A DNA stretch of 64,000 bases from Gracilinanus agilis (Eukaryota). Positions 1 through 12,525 of the stretch are shown piece after piece. Each line of letters starts with the position of its first letter. Within the stretch, counting starts at the first letter, position 1. The notes under the pieces are model-generated. The model saw nothing but the letters and a program-made list of their open reading frames with translations, searched no databases and had not been told where the DNA came from. The position numbers and the translations under genes are program-made. The stretch covers positions 501,795,343 to 501,859,342 of the forward strand of contig NC_058132.1 in assembly GCF_016433145.1 (NCBI RefSeq), read 5' to 3'.

Positions 1-359
1 TGTTGCAACATACTGTTTTAAATCATAGTCTTAACTAGGAATTCAGTTCCCTGGGGCAAATTCATTTGAACTTTGTGTGTTGATGAGAGGTGGAAGGTGA
101 ACCATCTAAGGTCTGATCACTCTTGTTTGTGGCAAAGGTAAATTGGAGAACAGCTTTACAGGAGTTGAGAAAGTTGAAGAATTGAAAGTTCAGGATGTAT
201 AAAGGTTAGGAGCTGGGGCAGAGAAGATTTTGCATGGTGGAGGAGGGGAGGGAGGGATGGGTAATGACAGTGACAAGCAGCTAGATAAAGGGTGAAAGTT
301 TGCCCCCTGTCACTTCCTTGGTAGAAAAATAATGGATCTCAGTTACCTCTAAGGTCAAA

Positions 360-653
360 TATAAAGTCCTAGTCTTAGAGCACTGACAGTTCTCCAGAAC
401 CAAGCATACTACCTTTCTAGGCTTATCATACATTTTTCCTTCCACATTCCTAACAAAATGATTTTCTTATCCTTCACACATCCTTCATTTCCATGCCTTT
501 GTCCTGGCCAGCTCCCATTTTTGGAATATACCTCTTCCATTTTGGGCTGTTAGATTCCCTAATCTCCTTCAGGAATCATCTCAAGTGCTCCCTTTTAGAC
601 AAAGTCTATCTTGATCCCCCAACTGCTAATGTTCCCCCTCTATTACACACACA

Positions 654-710
<57 letters not shown>

Positions 711-900
711 CTCTCCCTTCCTTCAACCCTCCTCCTTCTCTCTCTCTTTCTCCATATGTATATATATATCTATATATTTTAAAAAATATATATGTATAAT
801 GTAAGCTTCTTGAGGGCAGGGACTTTTTCATTTATATTTTTGAGCTCTAGTGACATATACAGTTCTTGGTTCCTAGTAGGAGCTTCATAAGTAATATAAA
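360..900 (+). mobile_element. L2 LINE 3' fragment interrupted by microsatellites
   Basis: Degenerate L2 3'-end motifs, e.g. tgtaagcttcttgagggcagggac at ~801-824. Confidence 0.55.
655..797. repeat. (CT)n followed by (TA)n microsatellite
   Basis: Directly visible; explains ORFs 493..804, 611..799 and 643..831. Confidence 0.95.
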
Positions 901-1879
901 CAGCTAGCATTTGTATGAAGTTTTTGAGCTTTGGAAAGTGATTTAATATATATTATTTGATTTGGTTGTTTGTTGACTGATGATTGATGGAGTAGACTTT
1001 AAAAGAGGAGTGGCTGCTGAGAGATGGTAGCAAAGGGAAGGTTCAAAAATGGCAGAGAAGAAAAAGTATTATATCAAATTCTTCTTCCAGTCCTATGAGT
1101 CAGGGTGTAAGAGAAAGAGCAGCCAGCCTTGGAAAGAGTGCCAAGAGATGTCATGTCTTAAGGAGAAAGCTATGAGTGCCAGATGATGGGAGGAATCTGA
1201 GAAGAAGAGTTTTAGGATTATAGAGTTAGATCTGGAAGTGATCCTGGAAGTCATCTAACCCAACTTCTTGTTTTATAGATAAGGAAACTGAGGCCCAATG
1301 CCTTGATAAGGCCTCACAGATAGCTCAGATTCTCAGTGAGAAATCCAGGGATATTTCTTTGGCACCACAATAAAATAAGATTCTCAGAAGACATGTGGAA
1401 AGTGAGGGCAGATGAGGTTAGTGATAAGGGTCATGGTGCATGAATCCTAAGTGTCCTGTTGTGTGTGTGTATTTTGGGGTCCAGATTTAAGATTCTTATT
1501 AACGTGGGGAATTTTTGGTGTAGAAACTCCCTTTATAGTTGCAGGTGGGCACATCATCTGAAACTTCTAATCTTAGAGAACAATCACTATTACCCTTAAA
1601 GGACGATTGCTTGGGGCCATTGGCTTGCTCATGGTTATAAAGCTTGTGTGTGGGGGTGTATGTGTGTATTTGTCAGAGGCAATACTTGAATAAAGGTTTA
1701 CCAAACTCCATCGCTGGCCATCCATCCATCATTCCATATTACTTTTCAATGTACAAACTATAGGTTCTTAATAAATGTGTTTATTGAATTAGATTAATAG
1801 TTTGAATTTGAAACAGCAGAACTTTTAGGTAGAAGTGTCTGATAGGAAATGGAAAACTTGAATTCTTTCTAAAGTTCTT

Positions 1880-2520
1880 TTTTAAAAAATTAATTTGTTT
1901 GTTGCATTAAAATTCCCAAGTAATTCCCTCCTTTATATTCCCTCCCTGCACTAGAGAAGGCATCATCTGACAAAAAGATATATATATGTATATATATATA
2001 TATATATACACATACATAAAACTATATCTTGAGAAAAACAACTGCTTGATCACATGGGTCGATGGAGATATGATAGGAGATGTAGACTCTAAACAATCAA
2101 CTTAGTGCAAATGTTAATAATACAGAAATAGGTCTTAATCAATGACACATGTAAAACCCAGTGGAATTGCTTGTTGGCTATGGGAGTGGGGTGGGAGGAG
2201 GGGATAGAAAGAACATGAATCATGTAACCATGGGGAAATATTCTAAATTTATTAAATAAAATAAAAAATTTAAACCTAAAAAACTATATCTTGCTTATTT
2301 CTATTTATCAGTTCTTTCTCTAGAGGTAGATATACACAAGTCATTCTTCAAATAATCTTTCTCTTGCTGTATATAATATTCTCTTGGTTCTGTTTATTTT
2401 ACTCTTCATAATTTCATATAGGTGTTTCCATGTTTTAAAAAAAATTAAACTGCTTGTAATTTCATATGGTGCAGTTGTATTCCATCACAATCACATGCCA
2501 CAACTTCTTTCTCAAGTTCT
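1880..2520 (-). mobile_element. Old marsupial L1 3' end, split by a younger L1
   Basis: Antisense L1 3' UTR-like text on both sides of 2032-2279. Confidence 0.55.
2032..2279 (+). mobile_element. 5'-truncated opossum L1 3' end with TSD
   Basis: L1 3' UTR (catgaatcatgtaaccatgg..., A-rich tail); TSD aaaactatatcttg at 2018-2031 and 2280-2293. Confidence 0.85.
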
Positions 2521-2686
2521 TGAGAAATTCTGGCAAGTAAAAAATTCTCTAGGCTTTATTGACTTCATCTGTAAGATGAAGATGGATATGACAATTATCT
2601 CTGAAGCTCCTCTTGAGTAAAACCTATGATCCTATGAAATATGGTTTCCAAGACTTAACCCCCCCCCCCCCAACTTTCATTTCTAG

Positions 2687-2798
2687 GTTTGCCTGAGGAG
2701 TAGAGACACAATCAATAGCCAGGTCCATACTCAAGCTTTTTCTGCTTGCAAGGACCTCTTGGAAGATGGGCTACACACACAGCCCTTATTATGATCAG
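2687..2798 (+). other. Candidate exon (possible 5'UTR plus start MGYTHSPYYDQ)
   Basis: tttcatttctag| acceptor and CAG|gtagta donor; aagATGG context; no protein recognised. Confidence 0.15.
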
Positions 2799-3430
2799 GT
2801 AGTAGAGGAGATTGGTGGAGGAATTTGTGACTCCATTGTTACTTAGATATATGTCTGAGTAGCAGTGGGGTGTAGTGGGTAGAATTTGTACCTAGAAGTC
2901 AGGAAGATGGGATTCAAGTCCAACTGCTGACGTACACTGGCTATTTGACATGGGGAAAGTCACTTCACCTTTTACTTCAGTATGGGCAAAACTCTCTAAG
3001 ATCTTAGGATGTGTAATCTGCATTGCTTAGAGGAAATTTCTTCGATGATAGTTCCCTATGATGGCGAAGTCATAGTTCTAGACCCATGGGTGTATGTACA
3101 TGTATACACACATATACACATACATGCATGCATATATAGACATATGTACATATTTAGGTATATACTGATCTGAGGCCAGTTCTTTATACCAGTTTTTTCA
3201 ATATTGAGACCAGAGCGTAAGTCTTGCCTCTGAATTTATTGGCTGTGAGATGCTTGGTAAGCCACTAAACTCAGTGCTCTAGGCTATTTGATAAGAATTT
3301 ATATAGAAAGTGGAAATTTGTATGATTAGAGGGAATTTCCTCATCTAGGAGCTTCCTATACCAGGGAAATCAAAGATCTGATGCCTATCCCCATCAACAT
3401 TTTAAAATCTATATTCTGTACAGGGATAAA

Positions 3431-3677
3431 GGGCAGCTAAGTAGTGTCCAGAGTGCCAGGCGAGGAGTCGAGAAGACTCATATTCCTGAGTTCAAATCTG
3501 ACCTTGGCTACTTCCTAGTTGGATGACCCTGGGCAAGCCACTTAATCCTGTTTGCCTCAGTTTCCTCATCTCTAAAATGATCTGGAGAAGGAAATGGCAA
3601 ATCACTCCAGTATCTTTACCAAGAAAACCCCAAATGGGGGCATGAAGAGGTGGACATGGCTGAAATGACTGAAGAGA
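3431..3677 (+). mobile_element. MAR1-type CORE-SINE
   Basis: tRNA-like head, CORE, RTE/BovB-like tail (ctggagaaggaaatggcaaatcactccagtatcttt). Confidence 0.85.
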
Positions 3678-4299
3678 ATGTATAGGAATAGGGGCTAGAC
3701 TTATGATTTCATTGGCATCCTCCCAAGTGAGGAAACTGCATCTATAAATACAGGTTGCCACCTTCTAGGCAACTTATATTCTTAGATAATAGTTCATACG
3801 CACATGTAACATATGCACGTATACATGTATATGCATGTATATGCACATGTATCTGTGTATGTGTACATATATATGTATATGCAAATATAAATATATAAAA
3901 TACATTATATAAATAATCAAAGAGACAAATGAACAAATGAATGAATGAATATAGCTTTACATGTGGTAAGGGCTAGGCAATTGGAGTTAAGTGACTGGCC
4001 CAGGATCACACTGACTAGACAGGTACAAGGTCAGATTTGAACCCAGGTCCTCCCTACTCCAGGCCTGATGATCTCTCCACAGTGCTACCTAGTTTCCCTT
4101 CTTGAATATATATCGAATATTTGTTCCAGGATCATACTTCTTCATCAAGGAATGTGTGCTACTTTGCAAACAAATGTTCATCTTTTAATGGTTATATTTC
4201 TATGGAACATTGATTAAGGAATATTAGTCACTCATGACTTAAAAGTAGGATTTTAGATGAGAAGATTCTGAATACTGCCCAACACTGAGGGTGTGATTC

Positions 4300-4350
4300 A
4301 AATGGCCGCTCATTCAACAGCATCGACCACATACCACTGACGTGGCCAAT
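4300..4350. promoter_or_regulatory. YY1-like + TGACGTGG + CCAAT motif cluster
   Basis: AAATGGCCG 4300-4308, TGACGTGG 4338-4345, CCAAT 4346-4350; three CpGs in ~45 bp. Confidence 0.25.
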
Positions 4351-7081
4351 AAAGTCAGAGTTCTCTTGGAAGTTTTCCTGAGTTCCAGGAGCCCCAGTGC
4401 CAGGAAATACCACTGACAACACCCTGTCTGATACTCTTGACTTGACTGCACTTGATTCCCATTGTACTCACCATCCTACATTGGGGCAGAGCACTCATCC
4501 TGACTTAGGGCTGAGGGAGGGAGGCTGTAACCATGGAGATAAGGAGGCCATAGAGTTCCAAGGGAAAGAAAACTCAGAAGCACAAGAGAGGAGATTGCAA
4601 AGGAGCCGATTCCTAGCCCTTCCCAATTACACATCCAACCACAGCCATCCTAGGAGGACCACTGACCCAGGATATTTTTTCTTCCCAGTTGGAAGACTGC
4701 CCCAATCCTCCAGAATTTCATATATGACCTGCCAATTCACGAAACATTTTCTGTCTTTGTCTCTGTCTCTTTCTTCACCTTTCTCTATTTCTACCTATCT
4801 CTCTCAATTCTGCCACCTACCAGCTATGCAACGTAAGTCAAGTGGCATTTCTTCAGCTGTGAAATGGGAAATGATACATAACATACATGTCAGGGTTATT
4901 ACAAAGAGGGTGATTTAAAAAATGTTCTATATGGAACTATTATTGGTGATGTAGATAGAAATCATAATTTAGACGGGAGGTTGCACTAGACCTTGGCAGT
5001 CCTTTCCAAATCTGAGTCTATGAATTTATCACTTTAGCCTGGTCATTTCAAGGGCAGAGGCTCTCACTCTTTGGGTGGTACTGGATTCCAGCTGATCCTC
5101 AAGCCAAAAAGAGGGTTTCTCAGAATGCTAGAACATGTCCCTGTATCCAGAATGAAAATCAGAAAATTTTCCAAGTTTTGTATCCATAAGGAGAATTTCC
5201 CTCCTTTCCAAACTGATTTTGGCTCTAATTTTACTATTTGATTTAACTAGTTATTAGTTTCTGAGGTTGAAATTAATTTGTCATTCAGAAATAGAGTTAG
5301 ATTCTCCCAATCTCCTGAATGGCTTTGCCACTGCTACTTTGATTATTATCATCTTTGATGATGACCCCCAAAAGTCTCCTCCTCCCCTCTCCTCTCTAAA
5401 ATTCCTGTCTCCATTCCATCTCTTCACAGCTGCATCTGAGGCTAATGAATCTGGATGCCAGCCAAAGCACAGATCTAGAAAGTTTATATGTATTGCCGGA
5501 TTCAGCCCCTTACTAAGAAAATTTACCAAATTTTGTATTCACATGAACACTTTCCCCTCATTCCCATACTGCCTGCAAAGTGATCTTGACCTAAATTTAC
5601 TATTTGATTTAGTTAAAAAGAGCCTCACTTTACTATTAACCCATTGGTTCTCCATTAATCCATGGCTCCTCAGCACTTCATTTATATCCAAAGTTAATTT
5701 TCGGTTGTTCTTTCTGTCTTCTTGTTTGCCTCATGAGGATTTGTTTTTCTTTTGTTTCTCTGGACTATAAACTCCTTGAGGGCAGGGGCTATGTTTTCTC
5801 AGCCTTTGGGATTATTTCATAGTGCCCAGACAATGATGGATCAATAAATGCTGTTTATTTCATTTAATAATGCTTAATTATGTTGATTTAATTTAATTAA
5901 TGCTGCTAATTTAATGAAAGAATAACCTTGGGAGGGGCTGAAATGGTGTTCTTTTTTTTTTTTTTTTTAGTCCCAAATGCCTAGATGAAAGAGGGCTTCA
6001 AACAAACTCTTCCCACTAAATTCAGGACCATCCCACTGTTGCCTTCTTTGAGGAGAAAACAATAATGGTGGAAGAAATACTGATGTCCCCACAGGCAGGA
6101 AGGATTACCATCTCTAGTGATGTCCACCTCTCAGAGGCCACTATTTCTACTTAACTGGTGTCTGAAGAAGGAAAATAGCCATTCTCTAGGGAGGAGGGAA
6201 AGCAGAATCTGTCAGTGCCTCCTCACTATTTATTCTGTAAACACACGGAAGATTTCATATTCTACTGTTCTTGGTTTTGCAATCTTCACAAAAATAAATA
6301 TTTGCCTTCAAAAGCAACAACTATGATAATCATCAGTGTAGCCTTCTCCAGCTCGGCTGCTTTATACACACTCACATCAAATGAACAGAGTCGGATAGAT
6401 GTGTGTGGTCTGTTTGGATAATGATTTTCATGTGGAAACCTCTAGCTGAAAGCCCACTGGCACTAATGGAGGAGAAAGTTTGGTCTCGATCCTCATTTTC
6501 AGGGATGACTAATGATCCACAATCCCAGGTTCTCTTTACAGCTCAATCATTTGCTATTTTCCCCCTTATTTTATAAAAAGGAAATTATGTCATCTTAGGT
6601 GAGACACTAAATCTTTCCTTTGCCTCAGTTTCCCTAGCAAATAAAGATTTAAGATGTATTTACTCAGAGATCCCTTGGAGGAAGTACAAAAGGAGAACAA
6701 AATAATTGGAAAACATATAATATAATAATGCTGGTGTTGGGAAGAGCCTTCTCTCTTTCAAATTACCACAGGTAAAACATTAATCAAAGCAAGAAAAGAC
6801 TATCAATAAAACTTTGTTGCCGGTTAATTCCATAATGGGGGATAGGGACTGATTTTATGATTTCAGTGGTAGTCAGAGGTCCTAGAGGAAGAAACTCCTT
6901 CTAGTAATACAGGAAAGCATCTCTCTGCAATTTATAATCCAAGAGTGTTGCCTAGAGTAGAAGTGTCATACACCTTGCCTGCAACACTCCAAGTGTGGTT
7001 CAAACCAGGTTTAAATATAATTAAGAAATAAATAACAAAATAAATAAAAATATAATAGAACATAGATAATACTAATATATA

Positions 7082-7330
7082 GGGCAGCTAGGTAACTCAG
7101 TGCATAGGGATCTGGGTCTGAGGTCCAGAGGATCTGAGTTTAAATCTGACCTCAGACACTTACTAGCTTGTGTGACCCTAGACAACTGACTTCACTCTGT
7201 TTGCCTCAGTTTCCTCATCTATAAAAATCTGAAAAAGAAAATGACAAGCCACTCCAGTATCTTTGCTAAGGAAACCCCAAGTGGGTTTTCTTGAGAACAG
7301 TTGGACACAACTGAAGCACCTGAACAACAA
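7082..7330 (+). mobile_element. MAR1-type CORE-SINE
   Basis: gggcagctagg head to ctgaacaacaa tail. Confidence 0.8.
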
Positions 7331-8282
7331 GAAAATACAGTTTTCTAAGTCAAAATGTGATTCTCCTCTTTCTATTTGAGTTTAACATTACTAGCCTAGA
7401 ATACTAAAAAAAAAAAGTTATTTATTTGCCCAGAATCATGCATAGGCAAGACTTGAACCTAGGCCTTCCAGCCTTACTGGCCAGTTCCCTATTTACTATA
7501 TATCACAGTTGCCCTCTTTTTTATATCCTTGTTCCATCAGATTTTGATTTTTATTTCAGAAGATGTTATTTAAGTCATGCTTTATCCACATTTTTTATAG
7601 CTTTTCTAAACTGTAATTCTATTCCTGACTCAGTAAACTCCATAGCTTCCTTTTTCTTTTGGGACCAAATATTAGCTTTTTGGTTTAGCATTTAAAGTCT
7701 TTCCCAACCAGGCCCCAACCTACCTCTCCAAACAAATGGATTATATATAACAGTGCTGAACTTCAAAGATTTCATATTTTATTGCTTGCTTTGAGTGAGC
7801 AGGAAGACTCAAGTTCAAATGAGGCCTTGAAACTGGGCTGTGTGATCCTGGGCAAATTGCTTAACCTCTGCTTGCCTCAGTTTCCTCAACTGTAAAATGA
7901 AGATAATAATAGTACCTTCCTTGCAGGGTTGTTGAGAGGATGAAATGAGATAATATTTGTAAAGCCCTTAGGATTGTACCTAGGACCTAGTAGGTGCTAT
8001 ATAAAGGCTTATCTCCTTCACTTCCACCCCTACATTTTTCATACTGTATGGTCCATCCCAAACCATCTTATTGCTCATCCTCTTATACAACATTATCTCA
8101 TTCCTCCATAATTTTGGCTTGGCTATTCCCTTTGCACTCCCTCCTCCCTTCTCTCTTTCTCTTAGAATCCCCCCATTCCATTCAGGATTCAGCCCAAATA
8201 CCACTTCCTCTATGAATTCTTTTCTGTACTCTGCCCCCATCTCAGCTCCTGGTGCCTTTTCTCCTCAAATTTTATGTACATG

Positions 8283-8470
8283 GAGGCAGCTAGATAGAAC
8301 AGCGTACAGACTGTCAGGCCTGGAGATGGAGGTCCTCGGTTCGAATCTGGCCTTGGACATTTCCTAGCTGCGTGACCTTGGGCAAGTCACTTAACCCCCA
8401 TTGCCTAGCCCTTACAGCTCTTCTGCCTTAGAACCAATACTTAGTATTGATTCTAGAATAGAAGGTAAGG
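8283..8470 (+). mobile_element. Opossum SINE1-type element inserted in an L2 fragment
   Basis: ccattgcctagcccttacagctcttctgccttagaaccaatac tail; L2 text on both sides. Confidence 0.8.
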
Positions 8471-9969
8471 TTGTTTTTTTTTTTTTTGTTTTAAATTCTA
8501 TATATGGCTCATTTTTCTATAGCTTTGTATAGTTTCAGTGTGCTATTTTTATGAGCAGGTAAGTTTTTAAAGAGGAAGAGACTGTTTTGTTATTGTCTTT
8601 GTATTTCCAGGACCATCACAATTCCTGGCACATATTAGGCTTAACAAATGTTTATTTATTGCTTGTTTGGTCCAAGGAGCTATGTTATGAGACAATACTA
8701 TTGCATTTAACTTACCATTGTTGTAATTTTTATTTTATGCAAAGGACTCTTTTAGAAAAAAACACATTCTTCCAAGTTTGACGGCACAGAGATAATTTGC
8801 TCTCATTACAAACTTGACTCTTAGGCTGTTATTGCCAAAGATCCTATTGGCTATCTTTCTTTTAGAAATGCTCCAGTTCTGTAGGATAAAGGGTGTACTT
8901 TCTGATTTATTTTTTTCATTACGGTCAGGAAGTATTAGCAGTAGCTGTTACAACTGCAACCCAAAGCAATATTAAGGACTAAATCTTAAGAAAATACACT
9001 TTAAGAGCCCTCTAAGGTGCCTTTAAAAAGGTTCCACCCCTTTCTTTTTTTAAAAAAGAATTAGAAACCAGAATTTATATTACACATGGACACAGAAACT
9101 CAATGCAAGTAGTAAAGTAAGAAATCTTATCTACTTAGGTACATAAAACAGATTATCCCAGGAGATATTCACATTACCTCCCAAACTCCTAAATGCCTTG
9201 TAAACTTGACTGACCATCCAGTATGATATCAGTATCGCTATTGTGAACTTTGGATCAATCCAATCTTCTAATTCTTCTCTGATGATCTACTTATGCATCT
9301 TTCCAGTAACAAGATAGTCATTTGTTTTCATGGTCTCCAGAGATCACCCATCTCTTTCTATTGGTTGTCTGTAGAGCTTAATCGGAGTGAATGCCCAGCT
9401 CTCTTGAATACAGGGAAACCAGAGGGACCAAGGCCAAAAAGAGAGACTCTCTGCTAACTCCATAAAAAGCCTACTGCAATTGGAAACAACAGGTTGGTAT
9501 GCCAAATTGGGTGCATTAAATTGATCTCTAAATTAGTTCCATGATGGCACATCCAGTAAAAGAGGCATTTAAAAACATTTAGAGAAATATATTGCCTATT
9601 CTTGGATGACACATCAAAATACAGCTTCCTCCCAATTGGGAAAAGGATGATACTATTTCTTGACTTGACTTGACTTGACTATGTTCAGCTTTGACCATTT
9701 GATCTTTTAAGTGGAAATGAATGGCATGCCAAGCCTGTGCCCATTGTTGCAAGAGGTACAACAAATAGAGCTACAGGCCTCTCATAAGGAAGACCTTGGT
9801 TCAACTACAGCCTCAGATACTTCCTAGCTGTGTGACTCTGGGCAAAGCAGTTTACCCCTACCTGTCCTTAGTTTCCTCAACTCAGAAATGGGAATAAGAG
9901 CAGCACCTGTCTCCCAAGGATTGTGTAAAGATCAAGTGAGATAATAATATTTGTTAAAAAGTGTTAAGT

Positions 9970-10151
9970 GGGGCAGCTGGGTAGCTCAGTGGAGTGAGAG
10001 TCAGGTCTAGAGACAGGAGGTCCTAGGTTCAAACCCGGCCTCAGCCACTTCCCAGCTGTGTGACCCTGGGCAAGTCACTTGACCCCCATTGCCCACCCTT
10101 ACCACTCTTCCACCTATGAGACAATACACCGAAGTACAAGAGTTTAAAAAA
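9970..10151 (+). mobile_element. Young SINE1_Mdo-type element with TSD
   Basis: Near-consensus sequence; TSD aaaaagtgttaagt at 9956-9969 and 10152-10165. Confidence 0.92.
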
Positions 10152-11246
10152 AAAAAGTGTTAAGTATAGTGTCTGACACATAGTAGAAACCATAAATGCT
10201 TTTCCCCTTCCAAGCAACATGCATTCTTGTAAAACTCATAACTGTTTTCTTTGATGCACATTATTCTATTGACCCAGAAATTCAATCTAATGAGCATTTT
10301 ATTATCTCATTCCAGGGACTGGGCTAGGTGATGAAACCATTTTTTTCTCTGAAGATGAACTTAAAATACGTTAACCAGTTTCAATTCTAGTTTTACAAAT
10401 AAAACCTTCAGAGAGTCTATACCCATACAAGAACATTTGGTAGTAAATAGTATCATATTTATTTAAAGTCACCTGTTATTTTTCCACTTGATGTTTAGGC
10501 TTACTTGTTTGGGCTTTCTGTATTTCTCAAAAAGACCACATTGGACTAGATATCCTCTGAAATCTATGATCCTATGATGCTAATTTTTAAATTCGTCAAT
10601 CCTGCATTGTCATCTTATTTCACAGTTAAATTAGATATTGCTATTTAGTTGGGGGTGTGGTGGGAAGAATTACTTTTCTATGTATAAAGATCATTGGATT
10701 TGAAGTGAGAAGACTGGGTTTGAATCCCTGCCTGCGTGACCTTAGTCCAGTGTTTTCATCTTTTTGGGTCTCAATTTCCTCATTTGTAAAATGAGATGTT
10801 TGATCTGACTAACTCTAACTCTATAATCCTATGACCTTCCACCCATTTACACATGCACTTTTTAGCTTTGTACATTGGATGACATATTGTAATTTCCAAA
10901 GTACAAAACTTAAACGTGCTAAGAAATCATAGAACTACCACTAGAATTTCAGGGTTTCTGGCCTTTATTCCTCTTAGTGTGAGTGGTGTTTGTTATTGCT
11001 GTTGTTACACTTATTGCTGATTTCATCACTAACTCACTGGGAAAAGAAAGCAACAATCTGTAAGAGAGAGATGGGATTTATTAGCTTATAAAGTGAATTG
11101 TTGATGAAATGTGGGATGTCTATCATGGCTGTGGTATCTCTTCACAAAAGCAACATCTTCCGTAGGGATCTTTATCATTGTTACTTATTCCTGAGTAATT
11201 TGGTTTGTAGGAAATAGAGAACAAAGGCATTCCTGGTTAGCTACAT

Positions 11247-11475
11247 ATGCAAATGTCTATATAAAAATGAGGCGGTATCAGAAAAGGGGAAGCAGGCAGG
11301 CAGGTAGTAGTAGCTGCTGGAATACATGGCGGTGGCCTCAGGCTCTGATAATACTGTGGCAGCTGTGCCTCTCTGAAGCCAAGGAGATTTTGCATCCTCA
11401 GGCAAATGACTGTTGAGAAATATTAAATGCCTCCAATTGCAAAGCCCAAGAGGTACACAGCTGCCAGCTGGAATC
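11247..11475. promoter_or_regulatory. Octamer/TATA/E-box cluster (putative enhancer or promoter)
   Basis: ATGCAAAT 11247-11254, TATATAAAAA 11258-11267, three CAGCTG E-boxes, TGTTTAC; unique, non-repeat sequence. Confidence 0.35.
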
Positions 11476-12320
11476 TGTGTATTTGTTTACTCGGGGGATC
11501 TTGGTGGTCTGGTACCCACTCTCAGTGGTGCCATCAGAAAAGCAAGGGACCCTACTTCAACCCTGAGAGCCTAGTCAGAATCATTTTCACACAGTGTTCC
11601 TGAGTGGATTTAACCTATCCTTGGCAAAGTTTTGAGACCCCAGAGAGGAACACTGATGAGGGGAAAGAAATAAAAAAGTCAATTCCCAGTTTTTTGTTTT
11701 TGTTTTTGTTTTTTTGCTAACAAAAGACAGGGGTTGCTTGGCCTGCAGCCCACAAATCATACCCAAACCTAATTTTACTTGCAAGCTTCAACCTTCTCTC
11801 TTACCAGGCCTTTCATCAAGATGGCTCACAAGGATTAAAAACCTACCGTTCTTCCAGAGGCTTGTACTTTCCCCTCAAAGGTTCCTTTAAATTTACTCTG
11901 TATGTATCTTGGCTATAACTATTTCTATATATTATCTCTCCAATTAGAATACTAGCTTTTTAAGGACAGGGACTCTTTTCACTTTTTCCTTAGATCCTCA
12001 GTACTTAACAGATGTAAATGTTTAATAAAATATGCTTTTCATGGGACTTGAATTTCATTTCATCTACTTGCTCTTGCCTGTTATCTAGTAGGAGTGTTAA
12101 ATAGTAAAATGATGGGTGGATATTGGAATATCAGTTGGGTACTCAGCTTCTGGATAACTGAGATTAGATGGCAGGAGGATTCATGATTAGATATGGCCTC
12201 ATTTTGAACTGGGGCATATAATAGCTTCCTCCCTGCTATAGTGCCCAATCCTACTTCCATTAGTTTCTTCCTGATTAGGTTGAGGAGGGCATAGAAGAGG
12301 ATCTAGGAAAGAGAAGTTGA

Positions 12321-12525
12321 AGGGACAGTTAGGTGGCTCAGTGGATAGAGTGACAGGTATAGACATGGGGGGTCCTTAGGTTCAAATTTGGCCTCAGATA
12401 CTTCCTAGTATGATCCTGAATGAGTCAGTTAACCCCAAATGCCTAGCTCTTACCACTCTTCTGCCTTGGAACCAATACTTAGTATTGATTCCAAGAAAGA
12501 AGATAAAGGTCTTTTTTTTTTTTAA
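12321..12525 (+). mobile_element. Opossum SINE1-type element
   Basis: Head plus ttaccactcttctgccttggaaccaatac tail. Confidence 0.8.

Noticed and set aside
245-261. G-quadruplex consensus GGGGAGGGAGGGATGGG
   Set aside because: Ordinary purine tract in repeat-derived sequence with no functional context.
2749-2772. Similarity between TCTTGGAAGATGGGCTACAC (plus) and TCCTGCAAGATGAGCTACAC (minus, ~48640-48660)
   Set aside because: Only ~20 bp and does not extend; insufficient for paralogy.
4397-4918. 173-aa ORF, the longest N-free ORF in the track
   Set aside because: GTG start, runs into CT-rich low complexity, no recognisable domain.
6374-6530. Minus-strand donor-like GAT|GTGAGT with an upstream open frame (DCGSLVIPENEDRDQTF...)
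   Set aside because: No convincing acceptor in the open frame and no recognisable peptide.
9205-9280. Minus-strand frame IIREELEDWIDPKFTIAILISYW
   Set aside because: No polypyrimidine tract, weak donor, not recognised.
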